Shown here: in pieces, positions 53,765 through 63,958 of the stretch | How positions within the stretch are numbered: the stretch's first letter is position 1 | Layout of the letters: the number at the start of each line of letters is the position of its first letter | Source of the DNA: a virus | Taxonomy: Duplodnaviria > Caudoviricetes | IMG/VR virus record: IMGVR_UViG_3300031998_000045 | Location: 22,751 to 86,750 of that record | DNA: 64,000 nt | Strand: one strand, 5' to 3' | Made by a program: the position numbers and the translations under genes | Notes under the pieces: generated by a model | The model's database searches: none | Told to the model about the DNA's origin: nothing | What the model saw: only the letters and a program-made list of their open reading frames with translations

Positions 53765-55591
53765 TCACCGGACTATGTGAGCAATTCCATCAGTCTTCTC
53801 TACACATAGCACTCGATCAAACCGCTCATTCCCTATGTCTGGACGATGGCTTATCACAAACACTCGCTGATGCTGCTTTGAAGAGTACTCTTTCAAGATG
53901 TTCACAATGCTCTCTACACAGAGAGTGTCAATGGCGCTGTCAAAGTACTCATCTAAGACGAGGATGTTTGCATTTAGACCATTTCGGATAGACATGAAGT
54001 CTCTGAATGCAAATGATGTTGCAATCATTATCCTCATCCTCTCTCCAGCTGAGAAGTTGCTCCATTCACAAGAGCCGTTTGATGTGATGAACTCATAGTC
54101 CATGTCTTCATCAAACTCAACATAGTACTGGGCACCGAGCTTTGTCAGATATGTCTTTATCTTGTTGTTGAGCAGCACAACTAAGTCTTTGATTATGAAC
54201 TTCCTCAAGGTGTCTTGAGAGACTATTGTCTCAGCATTCTTCAAGTACTTCATCTTGACTTCAGTCTTCTCAAGTTTGTCTTTCTCTGCAGCTAGATCAG
54301 CTTGGCATTTTGACAGCAGGTCATCATACGGATTAGCTCCAGACTTTGCTTGGTCAAGCTGCCGGCTAATGTCTTTGATCTCAGACTCAAGAGCTCTGAC
54401 TTCAGCTTTGGCTGATGATGATGCATCCATCAGAGACTTCAGCTTAGACCTCTTCTCTGCCATTCCAGCTCTCAAGCTCTTAGCTGCATTGTCACATTCT
54501 CTTATCTGCTCATCTATGCTAGATGACATTGATGAAGCAATCTGCTCTCTCTGCTCATTTAGAGCTTTGACTTCTTTTGCAATGCCGTCTAAGCTGTAGT
54601 GCTTGACAAACACTGGACGGCAGTCAGAGCAGAGCTTCTTCAAGATGTCTTTGTGCTTGTCAATTGCGCTTCTCTTTATCTTTGCTGACTCTTCAAGCTT
54701 GTGGATCTCAAGCTCAGACTTCATCTTGCTCTCTTGCAGAGACCTAGTTCTAGACATGTTCTTGTCTATCTCATCAACAGCATGGTTGATCTCTTCATTC
54801 AGAGCATCTATGCTGCTCTGGCTGAGGTCTTCATCAGCTTTCTTCTTTGCAGCTTCATGCTTCTTCTTGAGATCTTCAAGAGACTTAGCTAGCACTTTCA
54901 GCTTTGCATCTCTTGAGGCTTCAAATGTGCTCTTTCTGGCTTCATAGTCATCATTGTTCTTGCTGAGCACCATGATCTTGCTGCTGCTGGCTGCAGCTTC
55001 TTTGTCTAGAAGCAGAGCATCTTTATGTATTGCTTTGTACATCTCTTCAAACACTGAGATGTCAAACATCTTCTCAACAAACTCTTTCTTGTCAGCTTTC
55101 TTCAGCATGTAGAAGTTGTATGTCTGGTCTGCTGTCAAGAGTATTGTCCTCAAGAATATTGTTATGTCACATCTGATGATGTCTCTCTCAATCATCTCTT
55201 GTGTCTCAGCTATAGTAGACTTTGTGATGTCAGTCTCTTTGCTATTGTCAATTCTAGCTACACTCAATGATGATGACTTGCTTTTCAGCACGCCACGACG
55301 GACAATGTAGTCTTGCTTGTCAACTGCCAGCAGAAGAGCAACTTCAAGATCATTTGACTTGACATTTCTGTTCACTAAGTTCTCATTCTTTATCTTGCTC
55401 TGCAGCTGACCAAAGAGAGAATACAGCAAAGCTGCCCACATGTTACTTTTGCCAACCCCATTCTTTGACCCTGGAATGTCATTGTTCTTGCCTTGCACCA
55501 ATGTAAGTCCATCAAATTCACTGAAGTCAATTGTCTCATCAGCAAATGACATGAAGTTGTGCATCTGTAGCTTCTTGAAAACTATATTCAT
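53765..55591 (-). CDS. Recombination endonuclease ATPase subunit (gp46/SbcC/Rad50-like)
   Basis: NGVGKS Walker A, CSDC hook, FSAGE signature, LDEYFD, ISH. Confidence 0.92.
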   Translation of the reverse strand: MNIVFKKLQMHNFMSFADETIDFSEFDGLTLVQGKNNDIPGSKNGVGKSNMWAALLYSLFGQLQSKIKNENLVNRNVKSNDLEVALLLAVDKQDYIVRRGVLKSKSSSLSVARIDNSKETDITKSTIAETQEMIERDIIRCDITIFLRTILLTADQTYNFYMLKKADKKEFVEKMFDISVFEEMYKAIHKDALLLDKEAAASSSKIMVLSKNNDDYEARKSTFEASRDAKLKVLAKSLEDLKKKHEAAKKKADEDLSQSSIDALNEEINHAVDEIDKNMSRTRSLQESKMKSELEIHKLEESAKIKRSAIDKHKDILKKLCSDCRPVFVKHYSLDGIAKEVKALNEQREQIASSMSSSIDEQIRECDNAAKSLRAGMAEKRSKLKSLMDASSSAKAEVRALESEIKDISRQLDQAKSGANPYDDLLSKCQADLAAEKDKLEKTEVKMKYLKNAETIVSQDTLRKFIIKDLVVLLNNKIKTYLTKLGAQYYVEFDEDMDYEFITSNGSCEWSNFSAGERMRIMIATSFAFRDFMSIRNGLNANILVLDEYFDSAIDTLCVESIVNILKEYSSKQHQRVFVISHRPDIGNERFDRVLCVEKTDGIAHIVR

Positions 55592-55594
55592 ATG

Positions 55595-56776
55595 TCAGTC
55601 TTTCTCTACTTGTGAATAGTACTTCTTCAATACGGCAAACAACTTTGCTTTGTCAATGCCATCTTCTTCTAGAGCTTTGCTGTCAAGACGGTCTATGTAG
55701 CTCTTTATGTAGTCAAGTTTGCTCTTCTTCAAAGTCTGGACAATGTCATCTTCATCTTCCAAGCTGCTGTTCATGTCTAGAGACACTTGGTAGTCTGGCA
55801 GCAGCTCTTCATATGGCAGTGCACTTGAGATCTTCTTGCTTATCTCTAAGTCATCATTCAAGCTTATGTCAACATCATAGACTTTCTGGACAATGTTTCC
55901 AGCTGCTGGGCTGAAGTCAAACTTGTCTATGCCTTCTTCAATGATGTCACTGCATCTGAGCTTGACATGCTTTGGCACAGAGTCTATCTTGCAGAACTCA
56001 TATGAGCCGTCGGCTTTGATGACATAGAATCCAGTGTCATAGCCGGTGTCAGCTGTTGTCTGCTGGCAGGGACTTCCCACAAATATGAACTTACGTCCTT
56101 TTATAGCCATCTCTTTATGCTGGTGTATATGTCCAGCAAAGACAGTCCCTCTTGGAACAGCTAAGTCTACAAAGTTTGTCACAGACTCGTCAGCTTCTAG
56201 CTTGGCGCTGCTTCCAAATTCACTCTCAAGCTCATCTGAGGCACTCTGAGAGGCTTCTGCTCTCTTGGTGTTAGAGTCTATGTAGCTCTGAGCTATGAAC
56301 TTAGATGACACGTCAAAATGTCCAAAGACATAGTCATATGAGCTCTTCTTAAAGCTAGAGATGTCTCCAAGCCATGGAATCATGACAGCTTTCTTGTCAT
56401 TGACAGCAGCTTCAGCCGTGTGGTCTATGACATGCACTTTTGGATTGTCTTTGAATATGCTGACTGAGTTGACATCAACCGTGTTCTTGTTGAACAAGTC
56501 ATGATTTCCGAGTATCATGTAGACATCAGCTAGTGAAGCTATTGCTTTCAGACATCTATGAGCTATGTTCAATGTGTCAACAGTCAATGCATTCCGCTAG
56601 TGGAAGAAGTCACCGCAGAATATGACATTCTTGATGCTTCTCTTCTTGATCTCATCAACAATGCATTTCACTGTCATTGCGCACATCTTCTGCCGGAGAG
56701 GAGAGTTCCCTTTGACTCCAAAGTGGATGTCTGTGAACACTAAGACATCTCCGTCTATCTATATTGTCTCTGCCAT
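55595..56776 (-). CDS. Recombination endonuclease nuclease subunit (gp47/SbcD/Mre11-like), 393 aa, 2 in-frame TAG
   Basis: N-terminal FTDIHFG and CGDFFH*RN motifs lie upstream of track ORF 55595-56587; GNHD, GHFD, GHIH. Confidence 0.9.
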
Positions 56777-56845
56777 GTAAAAAATATACGAGCGTAGACC
56801 AAAGTCCACGCCCGCATTTTTTGTTGCTTCTTGTGAATCAGCATC

Positions 56846-58483
56846 TTAGAATCCAGCTGGCATCTGGGGCTCAGCTTTCTTCTCTTCAGGCTCTTCAACA
56901 ACTAGACAGTCTGTGATTAGAAGAAGTCCGCCGATGCTGGCAGAGTTCTGCACTTCATTGACAACAACTTCCGCTGGGTCAATGATGCCGGCTTCAACCA
57001 TGTCAACATACTTCTTCGATATGACATCATATCCGAGATTGCTCACATTGCTGCTGTTCTCAAGGATCTTTGCAACTGTCAGAGATGTGTCAACTCCAGC
57101 ATTCTCAAAGATCTTCTTAATTGGTGCATCAAGAGACTCAGCAAGGATTTTTGCACCGATCTTCTCATCATCAGACTCAAGGTCGTCTGAAGAGTCAATC
57201 CATGTGTTCAAGTCCTTCTTTGCCAGCAGAAGAGCAACGCCGCCGCCAGGGACAATGCCGCTTCTCACAGCAGCCTTTGAAGCTGCAAATGCATCATCAA
57301 CTCTGTCACGCTTCTCTTTGCGCTCAGCTTCAGTTGTTGCACCGACTGAGATTATGCCGATTCCAGCGGTCAACTTTGCAAGACGCTCAGCAAGCCTTGA
57401 CTTGTCATACTCATTCTCTGCAACTTCAATCTGAGCTCGAAGAGCTTGGGCACGAGCTTCCACTTCAGCAGGGTCTCCGGCACCGCCGATTATCACAGTG
57501 CTGTCTTTGTTGACTACAACTCGGCTTGCAGAGCCAAGCACATCACCGCCGACTGCTGCATTCTCAAGACTGACACCAGTCTCATCTGAGACAACCTTTC
57601 CGCCGCAGAGCGTTGCAATGTCATCAAGGATTGCCTTCCTTGAGTTGCCATATGATGGAGACTTCACAACAACACAGTTGAATCCACGCAGCTTGTTGAC
57701 AATGATTGTTGATATGATGTCTTCTTGGACTTCATCTGCAATGATGAGAAGTGAGCCGCCGGTCTGAGTCACAGACTGCAGGCATGGAAGAAGCTCTTGG
57801 ATGTTTGCAAGCTTCTTGTTCGCCAGCAAGATGTATGGCTTCTCGAGCTCGGCCTCGTTTGTCTCAGCATTTGTCACCATGTATGGGCTGACAAAGCTCT
57901 GGTCAATCACCATTCCCTCAACAATCTTGCTGTGGAGCTCCATGGTGTTGCCGTCTTCGACTTTGATAGTGCCGTCTTTGCCGATGCTGTCCATGACATC
58001 TGCAATGATAGTGCCGATCTCTTTGTCATGGTTTGCTGACACTGTTGCCACACGTCTGATGTCTTCTTTTGTCGAAATCGGCTGAGCAATGCCCTCAATG
58101 AACTTCACAACATGCTTCGCAGCTGCATTGATGCCGTTCTTGACATGAGTTGCATTGCTTCCAAGAGACACATACTTCAAGCCATTCTTGAATATTGATG
58201 CAGCAAGCAGAGTTGAAGTTGTCGTGCCGTCACCACACTTTGAATTTGACTTCTCAGCTACTTCCTTGATTGCATTTGCACCGATGTTCTCAAACTTGTC
58301 TTTGAGGACAATTGACTTTGCAACTGTCACACCGTCACGAGATGAGTGTATAGAGCCATACTCATCCATTATCACATTCTTGCCGCCTGGGCCAAGAGTG
58401 ATGCTCACAGCCTTCTCAAGCTTCTCAACACCAGCAAGGATTGCCTTCTTGGCATCCTGGTCATACACTATAGCTTTTGCCAT
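56846..58483 (-). CDS. groEL: Chaperonin GroEL
   Basis: TLGPGGKN, RDGVTVAK, GDGTTT, GIVPGGG motifs, 545 aa. Confidence 0.95.
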   Translation of the reverse strand: MAKAIVYDQDAKKAILAGVEKLEKAVSITLGPGGKNVIMDEYGSIHSSRDGVTVAKSIVLKDKFENIGANAIKEVAEKSNSKCGDGTTTSTLLAASIFKNGLKYVSLGSNATHVKNGINAAAKHVVKFIEGIAQPISTKEDIRRVATVSANHDKEIGTIIADVMDSIGKDGTIKVEDGNTMELHSKIVEGMVIDQSFVSPYMVTNAETNEAELEKPYILLANKKLANIQELLPCLQSVTQTGGSLLIIADEVQEDIISTIIVNKLRGFNCVVVKSPSYGNSRKAILDDIATLCGGKVVSDETGVSLENAAVGGDVLGSASRVVVNKDSTVIIGGAGDPAEVEARAQALRAQIEVAENEYDKSRLAERLAKLTAGIGIISVGATTEAERKEKRDRVDDAFAASKAAVRSGIVPGGGVALLLAKKDLNTWIDSSDDLESDDEKIGAKILAESLDAPIKKIFENAGVDTSLTVAKILENSSNVSNLGYDVISKKYVDMVEAGIIDPAEVVVNEVQNSASIGGLLLITDCLVVEEPEEKKAEPQMPAGF

Positions 58484-58597
58484 TTCTTTGTCCTTTGTCT
58501 ATTTTTCTGTCTTAAATTGAAAATGCAGACAGCATCTGCGGTAGAAGCATCTGCTGTCTGCATAGAAGAAAGACTACTCTTAGATCATTGCCTCAGC

Positions 58598-59044
58598 TCA
58601 CTTCACCTCAATTGCAATGACAGGTGTTGCCTTCTCTTCCAGCTTCTTCACCGGAAGCTGGATCTTGAGAATGCCGTCTTCTGCCTTGGCATCAATGGCA
58701 TTCACATCAATGTCATTTGCCAGAGGGATGGTGAACTTGTAGCTCTGATATGATATGCCGCAGTAGTCCATGTTGTCATCTTTGACCTTGTTCTCAGCGC
58801 CACATCTAACGGTGAGATTGCGGTCTTCGACTTCAACTTTCACTTCATCCTTGCGGAATGGAGTGTACACAACTTCTATTGTGTATCCAATGACCTTCCC
58901 GTTCTCGTCACGCTTGGTGATCAAGTTGTGGGGCCGGTTTATCACAGGCTTCAATCCACGATTGCCTATTGATGACAGCTGGTAGTTGAACATTGCGTCC
59001 ATCCAGTTGAACATGTTGTCCATTTCATTGAATAATCTTAGCAT
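58598..59044 (-). CDS. Small heat shock protein (Hsp20/IbpA-like)
   Basis: Alpha-crystallin features: FTIPL...IDAKAEDGILKIQLP. Confidence 0.9.
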   Translation of the reverse strand: MLRLFNEMDNMFNWMDAMFNYQLSSIGNRGLKPVINRPHNLITKRDENGKVIGYTIEVVYTPFRKDEVKVEVEDRNLTVRCGAENKVKDDNMDYCGISYQSYKFTIPLANDIDVNAIDAKAEDGILKIQLPVKKLEEKATPVIAIEVK

Positions 59045-59136
59045 TGTCTGTTCCTTTGTTTAATGTTGTTTTTCAATCATTGTCTTTCTTCAGCTAGATG
59101 GAATCTTTTCTCACCTAGCAAATTATATTTTACCGC

Positions 59137-60213
59137 TTAGAAGCCAAGCTCTGCAAGAAGATCATCATCTGAGCTTGGAGGCGCAGGCTTGTCTTCAGAC
59201 TTTGCTGGAGCTGGCTCGTCTACTAGCCCCTCTTCATCAGGGTCCGTCTCTAAGCTTGTGTCATTGTCTTCAGCTGGTGTGTCATCAATGATAGAGTTGA
59301 GGTCATCTGTCGAGATGTCATCAGCTGAAGTGCTAGTCTCAGCTGCTGGATTCTCAGGTATTTTCACTGGAGCCGGCTTAGAGTATGTGTCACTCTTGTA
59401 TACAGGAATGTCATCATCTTCCGGGATGTCATCATTTGTCACCACACAGAATTTTGTGTAGAAGTCATTGATCTCTTCTTCATCCGAAGGGCAGAAGTAT
59501 GTTGCATCAAACGGAAAAGAGGCTTCAATGTTCTTGCTGTTGATTGCTGGAATCTCTTTTGGCTCAGTTGAGAAAGTTATCTTGTCAATCACATTTCTAG
59601 AGAATGTTCCGCCAGACTTCTTCGGCACTTCTTCACGAGTGACATGGATCAAGCAGTTCACTGCCTTGCCGCCGTTGAACACTGGAACTTCTCTCACCTT
59701 CTTGTCAATGAGCTCTCTGAAGTTCATGTACTGGTCCTTGTCATTGAAGATGATGACCTTGAACTTGCCGTTGTTCTTCTCGTAGTTGGGGTCATTCTTG
59801 ACGTACACCGGCACTACTGCTTCAAAACGCCGTCCAGCTGAAGATGCATGAGTGCGCGCAGTGGCATCGGTCTTTCCAGACTCATTGTAGATAGACCACT
59901 GCTGGTTCACGTAGTTGCAGATCTTGCATGAAGATGACTTGTTTCCCTCAGTCTCTACCCATGGAGTATGAGCTGGGCATACAACCTTGACCATTCTGTT
60001 CTTGCCAGTCTTGGGGTCTTTCTGCCAGCCAGTGTGGACAAAGCGTGTGATGTGTGGATCGTCTCGACCGCTCTTTGAGCCAAATGCAAGAAGCCTGACA
60101 CTGTAGTAGGTCTTCTTGCCATCAATGTCCTTGCATGGCTGCAAGAACATCTCTAGATTTGTGTTCTTCTTCGGAGCACCGATTATGTTCGAATGCTTTG
60201 GAAGTGTTGACAT
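59137..60213 (-). CDS. Single-stranded DNA-binding protein (T4 gp32-like)
   Basis: VRLL, VCP...CKIC, NDP..E.NNGKFKV, acidic C-terminal tail DDDLLAELGF. Confidence 0.8.
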   Translation of the reverse strand: MSTLPKHSNIIGAPKKNTNLEMFLQPCKDIDGKKTYYSVRLLAFGSKSGRDDPHITRFVHTGWQKDPKTGKNRMVKVVCPAHTPWVETEGNKSSSCKICNYVNQQWSIYNESGKTDATARTHASSAGRRFEAVVPVYVKNDPNYEKNNGKFKVIIFNDKDQYMNFRELIDKKVREVPVFNGGKAVNCLIHVTREEVPKKSGGTFSRNVIDKITFSTEPKEIPAINSKNIEASFPFDATYFCPSDEEEINDFYTKFCVVTNDDIPEDDDIPVYKSDTYSKPAPVKIPENPAAETSTSADDISTDDLNSIIDDTPAEDNDTSLETDPDEEGLVDEPAPAKSEDKPAPPSSDDDLLAELGF

Positions 60214-60290
60214 GAATGTGCACATGTTTGTTTCTTCTTTCTTTTCTTTGTTGATGTGTTGTAATTATGTCTCTGCTCAATGCAGATTGT

Positions 60291-61016
60291 TTAAATCTTA
60301 CCTGATGTAGACTTATTCTCTTTGATCTTCTTCATCAGAAGATCGGTAAACTCAAGAGGGTTGACCATTGTCTTCTTCTCTTGCAGAAATGCTTTGTTGA
60401 CATCAGAATGGTAGATCTCATACCATCTCTCAACTGGCTGCAGCTCTATTCTAGAGAAATAGTCAAGCTTTGGAACAGCTTTGTTGAACTTGGGAATTGC
60501 TGCAAAATAGTACAATGATATTCTGCCTGAGACAATGTAAGCTGCTATCTGCTTTGTCTCAACTAGCATCCGTATGAAGTCTTTAGCTGAGAAGAAGTCC
60601 ATGTCAACTGCTTCATGAGCTATGTTTGATGCTGACTTGACAAACCATCTGTATATCTTCTTCAGACGAAGAGTCTCTCTGTTGCTGTCATTGTACTTTG
60701 CTAGAAGATTTGAGCTGGTGAGACATATCTCAATGTTCTTGGCACTGATGCCGTTGTCAACACAGAACTTAGCATATGGAATGACATCAAAGCCATTCTT
60801 CTCTGCCATTGCAGCAAAGTTGTCAAATGCTTTCTTGTGTGGATTGTACAGTGACTTCCCAGACATCAGCATCATGGGAACGTCTTTCTTCACATTTGGC
60901 TTCTTCAAATGGATAAAATATGCAAACACTTTTGCAAGATGCGGCCCATCAAAGAAACGAATATTTCTTTGCTGAGGCTTTTGCTCTTGGTCTTGTGTAT
61001 TTTGCAAATCTGACAT
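60291..61016 (-). CDS. Hypothetical protein (gp59 helicase-loader position)
   Basis: Synteny just upstream of SSB; no motif recognised with confidence. Confidence 0.55.
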   Translation of the reverse strand: MSDLQNTQDQEQKPQQRNIRFFDGPHLAKVFAYFIHLKKPNVKKDVPMMLMSGKSLYNPHKKAFDNFAAMAEKNGFDVIPYAKFCVDNGISAKNIEICLTSSNLLAKYNDSNRETLRLKKIYRWFVKSASNIAHEAVDMDFFSAKDFIRMLVETKQIAAYIVSGRISLYYFAAIPKFNKAVPKLDYFSRIELQPVERWYEIYHSDVNKAFLQEKKTMVNPLEFTDLLMKKIKENKSTSGKI

Positions 61017-61710
61017 CTTTCAAGTAGTCCTTGTCTTTCAACAATGACTATATCTTACTTATGAAGAACCCCTTGAACACACTTGGGCACAGTCTGAACA
61101 GAAACTTCAGAAAGTCCATTATGTTCATGTCATAATACTCAAACAGCTGAGCCATGAACTCATCATCATCTAAGATCTGCAGTATAGTGCTTCGCTTTGC
61201 AGCATCAGGCTGGTCTGGAGTGAAGTCTTTGTGCTTAGACAGAAGAAGCTCATAGATGCTTTCATCTTCAAATGTGTCAATGAACTTGTCATCTGAATAG
61301 AAGAATCTTGACTCTGAGACATTTGATGTGTTCTCAGCAAATGGAACATCAGGTGCATCTTTCTTCTTAGACGGGGCTCGCTTGACTGCAGCAGACTATG
61401 CATTCTAGTCAAGCGGCAGCTTAGCTTCAGGCTTCTTAGCCCTCGGCTTCTTCTAGATGGGAGCTTTCTTTGGAGAAGGCACTGGAGACTTCTTGCTTCT
61501 TGGCAGATGTCTGCCGACAGTAGGCTTCTTTCTAGACAGTGGCTTTCTAGTCTTCTCTTTTTTAGCAGTCTTGTCTGCTTTGTCATTCTTAGACAGCTTT
61601 CCAGCTTTGTCATTCTGCTTGAATGGTGTCTTGACAGCTTCTACAACCTTTGCCAGGACATCTTTGAAAGAAGACTTTCTGCTCTTCTCATCCTATGAAG
61701 TGTTTGCCAT
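60949..61710 (-). CDS. Lys/Pro-rich basic protein, 253 aa, code 15 only (5 TAG)
   Basis: Absent from track; ATG 61710, TAG at codon 6, K-rich low-complexity N-half and ordered C-half; overlaps next gene by 68 nt. Confidence 0.65.
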
Positions 61711-61751
61711 ATTAAAATATACTCTAAATTGTAGAAATTTGTAGAAAAAAA

Positions 61752-63209
61752 TCACATGTCAATGAGTGACTTCTGGCTGTCATTGATGTCATTCATCATC
61801 TTGTCAGCAGATTTCATCTTTTTTGTCATGACTTCATCACATGCATTGTTTCCTTCATCATCTGGAGCTCTGTTCTCTATGACAAGAGAATGTGGATCTA
61901 CATCAAATGTCAATGTCTGGCCTATCATGCCTCCAAGACGGTTCTTCAATATTCTTCCACGTATCTGGCCGTGGTCACGGTCAACATCTGTCTGGAACAA
62001 TGACATCAAGAAGTCTGCAGTGAATGCAATGCCGCTTGACTGCGATATGTTCTCCATGCCAACTTTGTCATTGTTCATGCCTTCACGATTTGTCTGTATT
62101 GCACTGATGACTGGGCATTTCATGTCATAGCTTATTGCTCTAAGCTTCTCTGACACATCAAGACCATCTATGAACATGTTGTCCGTCTTCATGCTCGATT
62201 TGACAATGTTCAGATAGTCTACAATTATCACATCAAAGTGGTGTCCATTTGCTTTCAATGTCTCAAGATATGACTTGATCTCATTGCATGTGACTGACTT
62301 CGGTGGATATTCTTTTATGTACAAGTTTGACGTTGGATGGTCTTTGTAGAACTTCTTTATTTCTTCAACAGCTGAGGCTTCATTCTCTTTCAGCTTGTTT
62401 ATGTCATGTCTTGATATATGTGCATCAAATCTCTGTGCATACACATCTTCAGACATCTCAAGTGAGATTACTACCACACTAAGCCCCTGCTTCAAGAAGT
62501 TCACGGCCAAGTTTGACATGAACAATGACTTTCCAAGACCAGCTTGTGCCATGAACAGATACAATGAACGTCCCTCTTTCAAGAAGCCACCATGTGTGTA
62601 TATGTCTAGATAGTCCCAGCCTGTCTTGATCTTTGCTTCAGGATTGCTTATGTACTCCCAATGCCGCTTCATTGCTTCAGCATCAAAGTAGTCCATGCCC
62701 AAGTCAGTGTCATTGAATGTGAGCTTCTGCACTCTGTCAAAGTTCTCTAAGCACTTTGTGACAACTTTCTCATATCCGCTCTCATCATCTCTAAGAAGTC
62801 CAGCATTGTCATATAATGCATTGTAGAATGCATTTCTCCGTATGAACTCTTTCATATTGCTGTTTGCAACTTCATCAGGAATGTGCAAGTCAAATGATGT
62901 TATGTCATTGACTAGCTCTGTAACCTGTGCTAAGTCAATGTCTTTTGCTGGGTTCTTAGCTGCATATCCCTTCATCAATGACAGAAGTGTCTGGAAGTTT
63001 GCCATAGTGCCGTACTTTGTGTAGTACCGCACTTGAAGCAAAGCTAATGTCCCAAGATAGGGAGTCTTGAAGAACCTCTCATCAAACGTCCCTGCTAAGA
63101 TGTTCATCCACTTCTTGTCGAGTGATGCTCTCTTGAAAAGCATCTTCTCAATGTCATCTCTTCCAAAATCCATTTCCATGTCAAAAAATAAGATACTGAT
63201 GTTAGACAT
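61752..63209 (-). CDS. Replicative DNA helicase (T4 gp41/DnaB-like)
   Basis: AQAGLGKS, SLEMSE, IIVDYL, SAIQTNR, LKNR. Confidence 0.93.
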   Translation of the reverse strand: MSNISILFFDMEMDFGRDDIEKMLFKRASLDKKWMNILAGTFDERFFKTPYLGTLALLQVRYYTKYGTMANFQTLLSLMKGYAAKNPAKDIDLAQVTELVNDITSFDLHIPDEVANSNMKEFIRRNAFYNALYDNAGLLRDDESGYEKVVTKCLENFDRVQKLTFNDTDLGMDYFDAEAMKRHWEYISNPEAKIKTGWDYLDIYTHGGFLKEGRSLYLFMAQAGLGKSLFMSNLAVNFLKQGLSVVVISLEMSEDVYAQRFDAHISRHDINKLKENEASAVEEIKKFYKDHPTSNLYIKEYPPKSVTCNEIKSYLETLKANGHHFDVIIVDYLNIVKSSMKTDNMFIDGLDVSEKLRAISYDMKCPVISAIQTNREGMNNDKVGMENISQSSGIAFTADFLMSLFQTDVDRDHGQIRGRILKNRLGGMIGQTLTFDVDPHSLVIENRAPDDEGNNACDEVMTKKMKSADKMMNDINDSQKSLIDM

Positions 63210-63217
63210 GAATCAAC

Positions 63218-63249
63218 AAAAAAGCGGACCTTGTCGGTCCGCTTGTCTG
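63218..63249 (-). terminator. Probable intrinsic terminator
   Basis: AAGCGGAC-loop-GTCCGCTT followed on the minus strand by a T run. Confidence 0.6.
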
Positions 63250-63277
63250 CGCATAAGCATCTATGCAGAAGTCTATG

Positions 63278-63958
63278 TCACCAAGACCCATATCCGTTGT
63301 TGAAGTATGGGTTGTAGACATCTTTTCTCGGCTGAGCTAGATAAGAGTTGCTCTGTTGGGGGACATTTGTCTTTGGAGCAAACTGCGGCTGGTTTGGTGC
63401 ACTTCTTTCAGCGATGTCCTTCTTTCCAGGCTTGCCCTGCGGCAGAGCTGCAGGCTTCTTCTGCTGAGCTTTCTTCAGCTCATTCATCTCAGCAGTCATC
63501 TTTGCATTCTCAAACGCCAGCTCAGATATCTTGACTAGATAGTCATCAGCTTCACTTCTAGCAGCTGCAAAGTCTTTCTTAGCTTTTGCTGTCTGGTCTT
63601 CAGCAGTCTTGAGCTTGGCTTTGAGAGCTTCAACTTCTGACTTGAGCTTAGAGATCTCATCAGCTGAGCTCTTCATCTTCTCTAGACGCACAATGTAGCT
63701 AGTCACTTTCTCTTCAAGAGCTTCCTTCTCTTTCTGGAGATCAACCACAGTCTTCTCTAGAGCATCATATTTCTCAAGCTTCTCTTCATCAGCCGCTGTC
63801 TTGCGCTTGAATCCAATGTTCTGCACAGTGGATGACACTTCTGTGCTGTCAGCATCTTCTAGAGCAGTTGATGCTGTTGATGCGGCTGTTATGCCCATGC
63901 TGCTTTCCGCTGGATTCTCTTCAGCCAGAATGTTTGTAAGCTTTGTCTTCTTTCCCAT
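63278..63958 (-). CDS. Coiled-coil hypothetical protein
   Basis: Track ORF, long heptad region. Confidence 0.75.
   Translation of the reverse strand: MGKKTKLTNILAEENPAESSMGITAASTASTALEDADSTEVSSTVQNIGFKRKTAADEEKLEKYDALEKTVVDLQKEKEALEEKVTSYIVRLEKMKSSADEISKLKSEVEALKAKLKTAEDQTAKAKKDFAAARSEADDYLVKISELAFENAKMTAEMNELKKAQQKKPAALPQGKPGKKDIAERSAPNQPQFAPKTNVPQQSNSYLAQPRKDVYNPYFNNGYGSW

Noticed and set aside
61170-61744. Track ORFs 61170-61613 (-) and 61457-61744 (+)
   Set aside because: Alternative-frame and antisense artefacts of the TAG-containing gene 60949-61710.
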